Below the pieces are notes generated by a model. It did no database searches. It was not told where the DNA came from and worked only from the letters and a program-made list of their open reading frames with translations. This document shows positions 23,472 through 33,809 of a DNA stretch of 64,000 nucleotides, in pieces. Position numbers and translations under genes: made by a program. Numbering within the stretch: the first letter of the stretch is position 1; every line of letters starts with the position of its first letter. Source of the DNA: an uncultured delta proteobacterium (GTDB lineage: Bacteria > Myxococcota_A > Polyangia > Palsa-1104); the NCBI GenBank assembly GCA_963785725.1, contig CAWAWS010000015.1, positions 256,001-320,000 of the forward strand. The letters are read 5' to 3'.

Positions 23472-24074
23472 CTAGGGATTCGGGCGGAGGTCGCGGCGGA
23501 CGGCGAAGCTGCCGAGCGCACGGCACGCCTTCAAGAGCTCGTCGGACAGCTCGCTGCCCTTGAGCGCGCGGGCGAGGCTGAGGCCGCCGTACATGAGCGC
23601 GACGAGGCCGAGCGCCAGCTGCCGCCGCGGCACGACGTGGGTCGTCGCCGGCAGCTGCGCCTCCATGCCGCCGGCGAGCGCGGCGATGAGCTCGCCGAGC
23701 ACGGCGTGATGCTCGGGCGCGGTGGTCCCGACTTCGCCGACCACGGCCGGCAGCGGGCAGCCGCCCTCGGTCTGATCGCGTTGCGCCGCCGACAAGTAGC
23801 GCTTGAGCACGACGATGGCCCGATCCGCTTCCGGCTTCTCGTCGAGCCGCGCGAACAGGCTGGCGCGCAATTCGGCGCCGGTGCGCCGCATGGCTTCGTC
23901 GATGAGCTCGGCCTTGGAGGCGAAGTGCGCGTAGAAGCCGCCGACGGTGAGGCCGGCGCCCTTCATGACGTCGGCGACGCGGGCGCCCGAGATGCCCTTG
24001 TCGCGCAAGAGCTGCGCCGCCGAGGACAAGATCGTCTCGTGCGAGCGCTCTTTCTGCTCCACTTTGGCGTTCAT
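23472..24074 (-). CDS. TetR/AcrR-family regulator
   Basis: HTH VADVMKGAGLTVGGFYAHFASK; GCPL motif. Confidence 0.9.
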   Translation of the reverse strand: MNAKVEQKERSHETILSSAAQLLRDKGISGARVADVMKGAGLTVGGFYAHFASKAELIDEAMRRTGAELRASLFARLDEKPEADRAIVVLKRYLSAAQRDQTEGGCPLPAVVGEVGTTAPEHHAVLGELIAALAGGMEAQLPATTHVVPRRQLALGLVALMYGGLSLARALKGSELSDELLKACRALGSFAVRRDLRPNP

Positions 24075-24170
24075 CGTATGAATATAATATGACTGCAATC
24101 CTGCGATAGTAAAGGCCCGACCGTGCGTTGACAGCAGCCGTACGCCGCCTTAATGCTCGACTGAGGATTC

Positions 24171-25091
24171 GTGCCGCCGGTCGACTACGAGCTGTTGCAG
24201 ACGTTGGTGGAGGTCGGTCACGCGGCGACGTTCGCGCGCGCGGCGGCGCAGCTGCGCATCACGACGTCGGCGGTGAGTCAGCGCGTCAAGCAGCTCGAGC
24301 AGCAGCTCGGCATGCCGCTGTTCGAGCGCGTCGGGCGGCAAAATCGCATGACCGACGCCGCGCAGACGCTGTGTCGGACGCTCGAGCGCTGCTTTGCCCC
24401 GATCGACGCCACCATCAGCCGGCTGCGCGACGAGCACGTCGAGCTGCGCGGCGTCGTCCGCATCGGCGGGCCGGCGCCGTTTTCACGGCTGTGGATGCGC
24501 CCGCGGCTGGCCGAGCTCAAGCGCCGTCATCCCGACATCCTGCCCGAAGTGGAGCTCGACATGGCCTGGGTGCTGAGCCCGAAGCTCGTCGCCGGCGAGA
24601 TCGATCTCTGCATCATCGTCGGTCCGGTCGAGCAGAACTTGGGGCTCGAATCGCGGCTCATTTACACGGAAGAGTTCGTGGCGGTGGCGGCGCCGGCGTA
24701 CCTGAAGGCGCACGGCACGCCGCGCTCGCTCGACGAATTCCGTGCCCATCCCTTCATCGTCTACGACGAGAACATCATCATGCTGGCGCCGTGGTGGCGC
24801 ACGAAGTTCGGACGGCGCGCGCCGTTTCCCGAGACGCACGCGGCCCGCGTCGGCAACCTGGACGAGATGTTGGCCATGGCCGAAGCGGGCGTCGGCTTGA
24901 CGGTGCTGCCGAGCTTCTTCGTCGTGCAGTCGCTGGCCGCGGGCGCGACGGTGGTCCTCGAGCCGCGCGCGGGCAAGACGACGCCGCGCCGCTCGCTCTA
25001 TCCGATCCACCTGGCGTGGCGGCGCTCGGCCGTCGACAGCGCGCGCGTCCGGGTCGTGCGCGAGCTCCTGCTCGATCCCGACATCGTGTGA
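24171..25091 (+). CDS. LysR-family regulator
   Basis: FARAAAQLRITTSAVSQRVKQLEQQLGMPLFER. Confidence 0.92.
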   Translation: MPPVDYELLQTLVEVGHAATFARAAAQLRITTSAVSQRVKQLEQQLGMPLFERVGRQNRMTDAAQTLCRTLERCFAPIDATISRLRDEHVELRGVVRIGGPAPFSRLWMRPRLAELKRRHPDILPEVELDMAWVLSPKLVAGEIDLCIIVGPVEQNLGLESRLIYTEEFVAVAAPAYLKAHGTPRSLDEFRAHPFIVYDENIIMLAPWWRTKFGRRAPFPETHAARVGNLDEMLAMAEAGVGLTVLPSFFVVQSLAAGATVVLEPRAGKTTPRRSLYPIHLAWRRSAVDSARVRVVRELLLDPDIV

Positions 25092-25099
25092 CGCACTGT

Positions 25100-25143
25100 T
25101 TAGCCGCGCTCGACTCATCGTACAGATAATTTAGATGGGCTGA
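25100..25143 (+). promoter_or_regulatory. Putative LysR boxes upstream of the SDR gene
   Basis: TTAG-N5-CTGA (T-N11-A) at 25131-25143 and an imperfect TTAG-N5-CTCG at 25100-25112. Confidence 0.35.
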
Positions 25144-25204
25144 TTGGTGGACGGTCGTTACGGTGATGGCGCTCGGCCCCGCAACTCGACCGAAGGAGTC
25201 AGGT

Positions 25205-25999
25205 ATGGACCTCGGATTGACCGATCGATGGGTGCTCGTCACCGGCTCCAGCGCCGGCATCGGCTACGCCGCCGCCGCCGAGTTCGCGCGCGAAGGCGCC
25301 CGCGTCATCTTGAACGGCCGCGACGAAGGACGGCTCGCCGCCGCCGCCGCCAAGCTGACGTCGGCCCACGGCGCCGGCCGCATCTTCAGCGTCGCCGCCG
25401 ATCTGGCGACCGCCGCCGGCTGCGCCAAGGTCATCGCCGCCCATCCCGACGTCGACGTCCTCGTCAACAACGCCGGCATCTTCGCGCCGCAAGCGTTCGA
25501 GGACATCAGCGACGACGATTGGCGCCGCTTCTTCGAGACCAACGTCTTGAGCGGCGTGCGTCTGTCGCGCCATTACTTCCCGCGCATGTTGGCCAAGAAC
25601 GACGGCCGCATCATCTTCGTCTCCAGCGAATCGGCGGTGCAGATCCCCGTCGAAATGATCCACTACGGCACGACCAAGACGGCGCAGCTCGCCATCGCCC
25701 GCGGCCTCGCCGAGCGCACGCGCGGCACCGGCGTCACCGTCAACAGCGTGCTGCCCGGCCCGACCGGCTCCGAAGGCGTGGCCACGTTCGTCGCCGACCT
25801 GGCCAAGCACCGCGGCGTCAGCTTCGCCGACATGGAGCGCGAGTTCTTCGCCACCGCGCGGCCGAGCTCGCTGCTGCAGCGCTTCGCGACGCCCGCCGAG
25901 GTCGCGAATTTGATCGTCTACCTCGGCAGCCGGGCCGCCAGCGCCACGAACGGCGCCGCGTTGCGCGTCGACGGCGGCGTCGTCCGCAGCATCGTCTGA
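25205..25999 (+). CDS. Short-chain dehydrogenase/reductase
   Basis: TGSSAGIG, NNAG, YGTTK, VDGG; AAGGAG Shine-Dalgarno. Confidence 0.92.
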   Translation: MDLGLTDRWVLVTGSSAGIGYAAAAEFAREGARVILNGRDEGRLAAAAAKLTSAHGAGRIFSVAADLATAAGCAKVIAAHPDVDVLVNNAGIFAPQAFEDISDDDWRRFFETNVLSGVRLSRHYFPRMLAKNDGRIIFVSSESAVQIPVEMIHYGTTKTAQLAIARGLAERTRGTGVTVNSVLPGPTGSEGVATFVADLAKHRGVSFADMEREFFATARPSSLLQRFATPAEVANLIVYLGSRAASATNGAALRVDGGVVRSIV

Positions 26000-26155
26000 C
26001 TAGAACGTGAAGCCGCGGCCGAGGACGCCGACGAACGCGGCGAACGTGACGAGGCCCGAGTAGGCCCAATAGCCGCAGCCGGTGATGAAATGTCGGCGGG
26101 GATCGGCGGCGTAAGCGGCGAAGTCGCGCTCGCCGGCGCCGCTCACGTCGGTCAC
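26000..26155 (-). CDS. Possible 51-aa small membrane protein
   Basis: GTG start 7 nt after the upstream stop; MTDVSGAGERDFAAYAADPRRHFITGCGYWAYSGLVTFAAFVGVLGRGFTF; GC-rich third positions. Confidence 0.35.
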   Translation of the reverse strand: MTDVSGAGERDFAAYAADPRRHFITGCGYWAYSGLVTFAAFVGVLGRGFTF

Positions 26156-26162
26156 GAGGCGG

Positions 26163-27167
26163 CTATTCGAGCCCCATCTCCGCCAGATCTTCCTCGTCGA
26201 GCCCGAAGAAGTGGCCGGTCTCGTGCAGGATGGTCGTGCGAATCTCGGCTTCCACCTCCGCCGTCGAACGCGCCACCCGCTCGATGTTGCGCTGATACAA
26301 GAACACGGCCTCCAAGTGCGGCGGACCCGACGTCGACGACTGCTCCGGGAACGGCACGCCCGCGAACAGCCCGAGGCCGCGCGGGTCGAAGCCGTCGGCG
26401 ACCACGTCCTCCGACGGATAATCCTCGACGACCACGGGCACGTTCTCGAGCAGCTTCTGCGCGCGTTCGGGCAGCTCGTTCAACGCCGCTTCGACGATCT
26501 CCTCCAGCCGCTCGGCGGTCACCGCCCACGGCGCCGGCGGCGCCTTGACGTCGATGGCGCGCACGCGCTGAAAATGCGTGACCATCGCCTCGGCTTCGCC
26601 GCGCGCTTCGGCCACGAGCCCGAGGCCATACTCGGGATCGGCCGAATCCGGCTCCTTCTTGGCCGCGGCCTCGAAGTGCGTCTGCGCCCGGTCCACATCG
26701 CCGAGCTCGAGGAAGGCCTCGGCCGCGCGCAGCTCGAGCGCGATCGTCGGCAGCTCGGTCGGCGGCAGCTGCTTCAGGGTCTCCTCGGCGGCGTCGGCAT
26801 CGTCGTCGCCCATCTCGATCTCGGACTTCAGAAGCAGCGCATCGACGTAATCCTCTTCCTCTTCGGCCACATCGAGCGCGCGTTCGATGAGCTTGCGCGC
26901 CTCTTTGCCGTCGCCATCGAGCGCCAACGTCTCGGCCGCGAGCAGGATCGGGTCGAGATAGTCCTCGTCCAGCTCCATGGCGCGCTCGAACGCCTCCATC
27001 GCGCCGTCGATGTCACCTTCGGCGTTGGCGACCGCGCCGACGAGCGTATGCGCCTCGGGCGACTCCGGCTCGGCCGTGACGGCGCGGTCGGCCAGACGCC
27101 GCGCTTCGTCGATGTGTCCTTCGTCGAGCTTGTGCCAGCCGGTTTCGATTAGATCTTCATCGCCCAT
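26163..27167 (-). CDS. TPR-repeat protein with C-terminal zincin-like metallopeptidase domain
   Basis: Acidic TPR-like repeats; LGLFAG, LYQRNI, TILHETGHFFG (HExxH). Confidence 0.85.
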   Translation of the reverse strand: MGDEDLIETGWHKLDEGHIDEARRLADRAVTAEPESPEAHTLVGAVANAEGDIDGAMEAFERAMELDEDYLDPILLAAETLALDGDGKEARKLIERALDVAEEEEDYVDALLLKSEIEMGDDDADAAEETLKQLPPTELPTIALELRAAEAFLELGDVDRAQTHFEAAAKKEPDSADPEYGLGLVAEARGEAEAMVTHFQRVRAIDVKAPPAPWAVTAERLEEIVEAALNELPERAQKLLENVPVVVEDYPSEDVVADGFDPRGLGLFAGVPFPEQSSTSGPPHLEAVFLYQRNIERVARSTAEVEAEIRTTILHETGHFFGLDEEDLAEMGLE

Positions 27168-27234
27168 TTTGCCCCTCGGGAAAGCGTTTGCTAAGGTCGC
27201 TCGTACAATGCCCATGACAGGCGCATCGCGCAAT

Positions 27235-29085
27235 ATGTGGCGTCGCGGTGCGACCGGCATCAGCGTCGTGATGATCTTGGCCGGCTGCCCCAAGCGGTTC
27301 GACCCGCGCGCCGAGACCGTCCGCAGCTCGCCCGACGCTGAAGCCGATCGCGATTATCGTGACGCCAAGGCGCGCCTCGACATCGGCGACGCCAAGGAGG
27401 CGCAAGCGCGCTTCGAAGAGTTCCTGCAAAAGCATCCGACCGATCCCTTGGCGCCGTCGGCCAAGATCGGCGAGGCGCGGGCCGAGCTCATGCTCAACGA
27501 GCCGGGCAAGGCCAAAGGTGTGCTCGAGCCGATGGCGAATCCGGCCGCGTCGAACGACGACCCGACGGCGGCCCGCGCGCGCTATCTGCTCGGCATGGCG
27601 CTGCATAAAACGGGCGATTGGCAGCGCTCGCGCGAGCTGTTGCGGCCGTTCGTGCCGGCGATCGCGTCCGGCGACGACGCCGTCGAGCTGCACGCCGTCC
27701 TCGGCGACGACGCCGCCCACCTCAATGATTCCGAGGACGCGCTGCGCGAATACAGCCTCTTTTTCGAGGGCGCGCGTCCGACCGAGAAGCTGTATCTGCG
27801 CGATCGCGTGTCCGAGCGCGTCGCCGGATTGCCGGCAGCCGAGGCGCTGCGGCTGTGGAACGTGCTGCCGCATGATTCGTTGGCCGCGGCCTATCTCGGC
27901 AAGCGCGTGGCCGCCGACCGTCGCGCCGGCGGGGACGAGCGGCTGGCGGCGTCGATCATGGACGATTCGCGCGGCGCTCGTGAGCACGCCGGCATCGAAG
28001 AGCCGAAGGCGCCGGTGGCGCGCGCGTCGTCGTCGGGCGGCGGCCGCGTCATCGCGCTCATTTTGCCGCTCTCGGGCCGGCAGCGGGCGCTGGGCGAGCG
28101 GGCTTTGCGCGGCGCGCTGTTGGCCGCCGATCTGCTGATTCCGTCGAATGTGCCGATGGGCCTGCCCATCGAGCTCAAAGTGCGCGACTCCGGATCCGAT
28201 CCGGCGCGCGCCGCCACCGCCGTCGACGAGCTGGCGCAAGAGGGCGTGGCCGCCATCGTCGGCTCGCCCGATCGCGTCGAGGCGCAGATGGCGGTGCCAC
28301 GCGCCGAGCAGCTGGGCGTGCCGTTCTTGGAGCTGGCGCCCGATGACGCGCGCCGCGGCGATTCGACGTTCAAGCTCGTGCGCCAGTCGGATGCGCGGGC
28401 GCGGGCGTTGGCGCGGCTGGCGGTGAAGCAGGGCGCGCGCTCGGTGGCGGTGTTGGCGCCGGATTCGGCATACGGCCGCAACATGGCGGCGGCGTTCGTC
28501 GACGAGGCGCGCAAGCTCGGCGCGCGCATCGCCGGCGACGTGCGCTATCCCGAGGCGTCGACGACGTTCATCGACCCGGTCAAGCGCGTGCAGCAGGGAT
28601 CGCCGGAGGCGCTGTTCGTGCCCGCGCCGGCGGCCCAGCTGCAGCTCATCGCGCCGCAGCTGGCGGCGTCGGGCGTGACGCGGCTGCCGGGCGTCAAGCC
28701 CGTCGGCAAGCTGGCGCAGCTGTACGCGACCGCCGACGGCCTCAACGACAAGCTCATCCAGTCGACGGCCAAATACATGGAAGGCGCGCTCTTGGCGCCC
28801 GTGTTTTACGCCGACGGCACCGATCCGCGCGCCGCGGCGTTCGTCGAGCGTTATCGCGCCGCCTTCAACGAAGAGCCGTCGAGCTTGGACGCGCTCGCCT
28901 ACGACGCCGTGCGCGCGGCGCGCATTGCCATGGATCACGCCGACGGCGGGGCGCTCGGCGTGTCGCTGTCGCACCTGGGCGAGAGCGGCCTGACCGGCGA
29001 GATCGCCTTCGCGGCCGGCGGTGACCGCGCCGGCGCGCCGCCGCTGTACATCGTCGAAAACGGCGCCGTCCGTCTGTTCAAGTAG
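27235..29085 (+). CDS. Lipoprotein with TPR region and periplasmic-binding-protein fold (LpoA/LppC-like)
   Basis: Lipobox ILAGC; LILPLSG, AIVGS, APDSAYG, ALAYDA motifs. Confidence 0.75.
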   Translation: MWRRGATGISVVMILAGCPKRFDPRAETVRSSPDAEADRDYRDAKARLDIGDAKEAQARFEEFLQKHPTDPLAPSAKIGEARAELMLNEPGKAKGVLEPMANPAASNDDPTAARARYLLGMALHKTGDWQRSRELLRPFVPAIASGDDAVELHAVLGDDAAHLNDSEDALREYSLFFEGARPTEKLYLRDRVSERVAGLPAAEALRLWNVLPHDSLAAAYLGKRVAADRRAGGDERLAASIMDDSRGAREHAGIEEPKAPVARASSSGGGRVIALILPLSGRQRALGERALRGALLAADLLIPSNVPMGLPIELKVRDSGSDPARAATAVDELAQEGVAAIVGSPDRVEAQMAVPRAEQLGVPFLELAPDDARRGDSTFKLVRQSDARARALARLAVKQGARSVAVLAPDSAYGRNMAAAFVDEARKLGARIAGDVRYPEASTTFIDPVKRVQQGSPEALFVPAPAAQLQLIAPQLAASGVTRLPGVKPVGKLAQLYATADGLNDKLIQSTAKYMEGALLAPVFYADGTDPRAAAFVERYRAAFNEEPSSLDALAYDAVRAARIAMDHADGGALGVSLSHLGESGLTGEIAFAAGGDRAGAPPLYIVENGAVRLFK

Positions 29086-29145
29086 TTCCTGTCGGCCTCG
29101 GTTTCGGGCTCGCCGCTTTAGCCGTCATCAGATATATAGACGGCC

Positions 29146-30870
29146 ATGCGTTACTCCCGGCTGTTGATTCCGACGCTGAAAGAGGCGCCCGCCGAGGCGC
29201 AGGTCATCTCGCATATCCTGCTCGTGCGCGGCGGGTTCATCCGCAAAGTGGCCGCGGGCATCTACTCGCTCCTGCCGCTCGGACTGCGCGTCGTGCACAA
29301 GATCGAGCGCATCATTCGCGAGGAGCTCAATCGCGCCGGCGCCGAAGAGGTGCTGTTGCCGATGGTGCATCCGGCCGAGCTGTGGCAGGAGTCGGGTCGC
29401 TGGCAGAAGTACGGCCCCGAGCTGTTGCGCTTGAAGGATCGCAAGCAGGCCGACTTCGCCATGTCACCGACGGCGGAAGAGGCGATGTGCGATCTCGTGC
29501 GCCGCGACGTCAAGTCGTATCGCCAGCTGCCGCTGAACCTGTACCAAATTCAGGACAAATTTCGCGACGAGATGCGTCCGCGCGCCGGCCTCATGCGCGG
29601 TCGTGAGTTCATCATGAAGGACGCCTACTCCTTCCACGCCACCGTCGAGGACGCGCACCGCGAGTACAAGAACATGTACGACGCCTACGTGCGCATCTTC
29701 AAGCGCTGCGGCCTCGAGTTCCGCGCCGTCGAAGCCGACACCGGCGCCATCGGCGGCTCGCTCTCGCACGAGTTCCAGGTGCTCGCCGACTCGGGCGAGG
29801 ACGCCATCGTCAGCTGCGACAACTGCGATTACGCCGCCAACGTCGAGAAGGCCGAGCTCAAGCGCGACGCCTCCGAGCCGGCGGCGCCCAAGGGCACGCT
29901 CGAGGAAGTGCACACGCCCGGCGCCGGCAGCATCGAAGAGGTCGGCAAGATGATGAAGACCAAGACCAATGTCTTCATCAAGACGCTCATTTACGTCGCC
30001 GACGGCAAGCCGCTCATCGCGCTCGTGCGCGGCGACCGCGACGTCAACGAGATCAAGCTCAAGTCGCTGCTCGGCGCGCAGACGCTGGAGCTGGCGTCGG
30101 ACAACGTCGTGCGCGAAGTGACCGGCGCCAACGTCGGCTTCGCCGGCCCGCACGGTCGTTCGGTGGCCGTCTACGCCGACTTGGAAGTGCCGACGATGGC
30201 CTGGGCCGTCACCGGCGCCAACAAGACCGACTATCACGTCAAAGGGTTCAACCTCGGGCGCGACGTGCCCAACGCCTATGTCGTCGACCTGCGCACCGCC
30301 GCCGCCGGCGACAAGTGCGCGCGCTGCGAGACCGGCCACTATCGCGGTCACCGCGGCATCGAGGTCGGCCAGGTCTTCTTCTTGGGCACGCGCTACTCGG
30401 AGCCGATGAAGGTCACCATCCTCGACGCCGAGGGCAAAGAGGTGCCGATGGTCATGGGCTGCTACGGCATCGGCGTCACGCGCGTCGCGGCGGCGGCGGT
30501 CGAGCAGAACCACGACGACGACGGCATCAAGTGGCCGATGGCGCTGGCGCCGTTCCACGTCTCGATCGTGACCGCGGGCAAGGAGCCGGAGCTGGCGACG
30601 GCGGCCGAGAAGCTCGAGGCCGAGCTGACCGCGCGCGGCATCGAGGTGCTGTACGACGACCGCGACGAGCGGCCGGGCTCGAAGTTCAAGGACGCCGATC
30701 TGGCCGGCATTCCGCTGCGCGTCACCGTCGGCAAGCGCGGCTTGGCCGACGGCAAATTGGAGCTCAAGGCGCGCGGCGACAAAGAGGCGACCTTCGTCGG
30801 CCAAGACGTCATCGCCGATGAGCTGGCCAAGCGCGTGCACGAAGCCTTGTCCGCGCCGGTGAAGTCGTGA
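29146..30870 (+). CDS. proS: Proline--tRNA ligase
   Basis: LWQESGRW, FRDEMRPR, REFIMKDAYS, GIEVGQVF, MGCYGIG; INS editing domain present. Confidence 0.97.
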   Translation: MRYSRLLIPTLKEAPAEAQVISHILLVRGGFIRKVAAGIYSLLPLGLRVVHKIERIIREELNRAGAEEVLLPMVHPAELWQESGRWQKYGPELLRLKDRKQADFAMSPTAEEAMCDLVRRDVKSYRQLPLNLYQIQDKFRDEMRPRAGLMRGREFIMKDAYSFHATVEDAHREYKNMYDAYVRIFKRCGLEFRAVEADTGAIGGSLSHEFQVLADSGEDAIVSCDNCDYAANVEKAELKRDASEPAAPKGTLEEVHTPGAGSIEEVGKMMKTKTNVFIKTLIYVADGKPLIALVRGDRDVNEIKLKSLLGAQTLELASDNVVREVTGANVGFAGPHGRSVAVYADLEVPTMAWAVTGANKTDYHVKGFNLGRDVPNAYVVDLRTAAAGDKCARCETGHYRGHRGIEVGQVFFLGTRYSEPMKVTILDAEGKEVPMVMGCYGIGVTRVAAAAVEQNHDDDGIKWPMALAPFHVSIVTAGKEPELATAAEKLEAELTARGIEVLYDDRDERPGSKFKDADLAGIPLRVTVGKRGLADGKLELKARGDKEATFVGQDVIADELAKRVHEALSAPVKS

Positions 30871-31544
30871 GCGACAGGCTCATCGTCGCGCTCGATCATC
30901 CGAACGCGGCGACGGCGTTGGCGCAGGTCGATCAGCTCGGCGACGTCGTCACGCGCTACAAAGTCGGCCTCGAGCTGTACTTGGCCGAGGGGCGCGCGCT
31001 CGTCGACGATCTGAAGCGGCGTCACAAGCGCATCTTCCTCGACTTGAAGCTGCACGACATTCCGGAGACGGTGCGGCGGGCGGCCGAGATCGTGGCCGAT
31101 TACGGCGTCGAGCTGCTCACGGTGCATGCGTCGGGCGGTCACAAGATGCTGGAAGCGGCTGCCAAAGGCGCCGGCGCGACGAAGGTGCTGGCGGTGACGG
31201 TGTTGACGTCGCTCGACCACGACGACCTCAAGCGCGACTTGTCGGCCGCCGGCTCGACCGAGGCGCTCGTCGTCGCCCGCGCCAAGCTGGCGGAGGCGGC
31301 CGGTTGTGCCGGCGTCATCGCGTCGCCGCTGGAGGCCGCGGCCGTGCGCGCGGTCGTCGGCAAAGGCTTCCTCGTCATCACGCCGGGCGTGCGCTTGGCG
31401 GCGGCCGAGGACGATCAAAAGCGCGTCGCCACGCCAGCCGCGGCGCGCGCCGCCGGCGCCGACGCCGTCGTCGTCGGCCGGCCGATTCGCGACGCCGCCG
31501 ACCGCCGAGCGGCCGCCGAGCGCTTCGTCCGCGAGCTCGCGTAA
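30867..31544 (+). CDS. pyrF: Orotidine-5'-phosphate decarboxylase
   Basis: VALD, FLDLKLHDIPET, AVTVLTS, TPGVR, VGRPI. Confidence 0.96.
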   Translation: MSDRLIVALDHPNAATALAQVDQLGDVVTRYKVGLELYLAEGRALVDDLKRRHKRIFLDLKLHDIPETVRRAAEIVADYGVELLTVHASGGHKMLEAAAKGAGATKVLAVTVLTSLDHDDLKRDLSAAGSTEALVVARAKLAEAAGCAGVIASPLEAAAVRAVVGKGFLVITPGVRLAAAEDDQKRVATPAAARAAGADAVVVGRPIRDAADRRAAAERFVRELA

Positions 31545-32297
31545 GTGGCCGGCGCGCGCGTCGTTTACGGCGTCCATCCGGTGCGCGAAGCGCTGCGATC
31601 GGGGCGCGTGCAGGCGCTCTTCGTCGCCGAAGGCGAGAGCGGCCCGGCCATCAAGGAGATCCTCGACGCCGCGCGCGGCGCCAACGTGCAGCCGGTCTTC
31701 CACGGTCGCGCCCAGCTCGACGAGCTGGCCGAGCGGGGCGTGCATCAAGGGCTCGTCGCCATCGTCGGTGAGTACAACTTCGCGCAGCTGGACGAGCTGC
31801 AGCACGTGGCGCGCAAGCTCGGTGAGCCGCCGCTCATCGTCGTCCTCGACAGCGTGCAAGATCCGCAGAACCTGGGCGCGCTCGTGCGCACGGCGCACGT
31901 CGCCGGCGCGCACGGCATCGTCATCCCCAAAGATCGCGCCGTCGGCGTGACACCGACCGTCGTCAAGGCGTCGGCGGGCGCCACCGAGCACCTCAAGATC
32001 GTCACCGTCACCAACATCTCGCGCGCCCTCGAAGAGCTGAAGGAGCAGGGCATCTGGATCGCCGGCGCCGTCGCTGCCGGCGGCTCGCAGGCGCCGTGGG
32101 CCATCGACTTCACCGTGCCCATCGCGCTCGTGCTCGGCGCCGAAGGCAAAGGCATTCGCCCGCTCGTGCTGCGCGGCTGCGACCTGCAGGTGAGGATTCC
32201 CATGAGCGGCAAAGTGGCGTCGCTGAACGTCGGCGCCGCCGGTGCGATGCTGCTGTACGAGATCGTCCGCCAACGCAGCACGAAGCCCGCCGGCTGA
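31545..32297 (+). CDS. rlmB: 23S rRNA Gm2251 2'-O-methyltransferase
   Basis: HQG, LDSVQDPQNLGA, KASAGA, GAEGKG, SLNV. Confidence 0.93.
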   Translation: MAGARVVYGVHPVREALRSGRVQALFVAEGESGPAIKEILDAARGANVQPVFHGRAQLDELAERGVHQGLVAIVGEYNFAQLDELQHVARKLGEPPLIVVLDSVQDPQNLGALVRTAHVAGAHGIVIPKDRAVGVTPTVVKASAGATEHLKIVTVTNISRALEELKEQGIWIAGAVAAGGSQAPWAIDFTVPIALVLGAEGKGIRPLVLRGCDLQVRIPMSGKVASLNVGAAGAMLLYEIVRQRSTKPAG

Positions 32298-32318
32298 CGT
32301 GAGCGCGGTCGCCGTCGC

Positions 32319-33752
32319 GTGGCTCGTCACGTGAGGAGACCGCGCCTGGTCGCCGGCGTGTCGCGCTTCGTGCGCGCCTACGCGCTGGCGCTGGCCGCCG
32401 CGCTAGCCGTCGGCGCCAGCAGCGCCTGGCTGCTCTTGCATCGGCCCATCGTCGGCATCGCCGACAACCGCGACTTCTGGCGCGTCATGGTCCCGTCGGG
32501 GATCGCCTACTGCGACAACCTGGAAGCGACCGTCTTCCGCTTCATCCAAGAGTGTCTCGTCGTCGCGCCGCCGCACCACATCGACTACCTGACGTCGGAG
32601 CTGCTCTTCACCAAGCTGGCCATGTTCATCCAGCGCCACTTCGTCGGCGGCGATCGCTTCAGCTTGCGGCTCGTCGGCGCCGTGCACTTGCCGTTCTATC
32701 TCGTCGCCATCGCGCTCTTCGTGGCCGCGCAGCGTCGTCGCAGCCGGGCCGCGCAGCTCGCGGTCGCGGCGCTGAGCGTCCTCGTCTTCTGCGACGTGCA
32801 GCTCGTGGCGCACTTCAACTCGTTTTACAGCGAGAGCGCGTCGCTCATCTTCGGCCTCTTCGTGGCCGCGTTCGCGCTCTGGGCCTGCGATCCATCGCCG
32901 GCGCCGCGTGCGCGCTGGCTGAGCTATGGCTGCTTCATCGTCGCCAGCGTCCTCTTTGCCGTCGCCAAGTCGCAGAACCTCGTGTTCCTGTTCGCGCTGG
33001 CGCCGCTGAGCTATGCGCTCTTTCCCTCGCCGCGCACCGCTTCGCAGCCCGGTTCGATGGCCGCTTCGATCTTCGTGGGCGGCCGTCGCCGCGTCGTGGC
33101 GCTGCTCGTGGCGGTTGCGCTCGTGGCTATCGTCCCCTGCGCGCTCGGGTCGCACGCCTACGACGCCACGCGCGGCGTCAACGTGCGCGTGCACCTCGAC
33201 GAAGAGCTGCTGCCCAATTCGCCGACGCCCAATCGCGATCGCCTGGAGCTCGCCATCCGCGGCCACGACTACCGCAACGTCTCAATCGGCAGCCTGGCGC
33301 GCTTTTACCTGCGTCATCCGCTGCGCTGGTGGCGCCTCGCGAGCCGCGTCATGCGCGTCGCCTTCTCTTACGGCCTCTACGGCAGCTACGATCGCTCGGC
33401 CGGCGAGCCGCCTTTCACCATGAGCCGCCGGTTCGCCGTCTGGAGCGAGCTCAACCACGACTGGGCGCCGCGCTGGCTGCCCCTCGACCTCGTCATCGCC
33501 CTGGCGCTGGCGTTGGCGTGGATCCGCCGCGCGCGCTCGCCGGTCGTCGCCCTCGCCGATCGTCGCCGCGCGCTCGTCGGCTTGGCGCTGCTCGCCGGCG
33601 CCGTCGGCGAATTCATCGTCACCATCACCTTCGAGGCCAACGGCAACGTCAAGCACCTGTTCATCTTCAACGTCGTTGTCTACATCGTCGTGATCTTGGC
33701 CGTCAGCGACGTCGTCGATTGGCTCGTCGGCAGGCGCCGCGGCCAGTCGTAG
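32319..33752 (+). CDS. Multi-pass membrane protein, putative GT-C glycosyltransferase (WsfD-like)
   Basis: Many hydrophobic segments; GIADNRDFWR loop after TM1, FNSFYSE, AKSQN, KHLF. Confidence 0.55.
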   Translation: MARHVRRPRLVAGVSRFVRAYALALAAALAVGASSAWLLLHRPIVGIADNRDFWRVMVPSGIAYCDNLEATVFRFIQECLVVAPPHHIDYLTSELLFTKLAMFIQRHFVGGDRFSLRLVGAVHLPFYLVAIALFVAAQRRRSRAAQLAVAALSVLVFCDVQLVAHFNSFYSESASLIFGLFVAAFALWACDPSPAPRARWLSYGCFIVASVLFAVAKSQNLVFLFALAPLSYALFPSPRTASQPGSMAASIFVGGRRRVVALLVAVALVAIVPCALGSHAYDATRGVNVRVHLDEELLPNSPTPNRDRLELAIRGHDYRNVSIGSLARFYLRHPLRWWRLASRVMRVAFSYGLYGSYDRSAGEPPFTMSRRFAVWSELNHDWAPRWLPLDLVIALALALAWIRRARSPVVALADRRRALVGLALLAGAVGEFIVTITFEANGNVKHLFIFNVVVYIVVILAVSDVVDWLVGRRRGQS

Positions 33753-33809
33753 GCGATTACGAGCATCGATTCGCTTGAACGCGGGCGCCCCTGTGCTTAC
33801 GCTGCGCGC

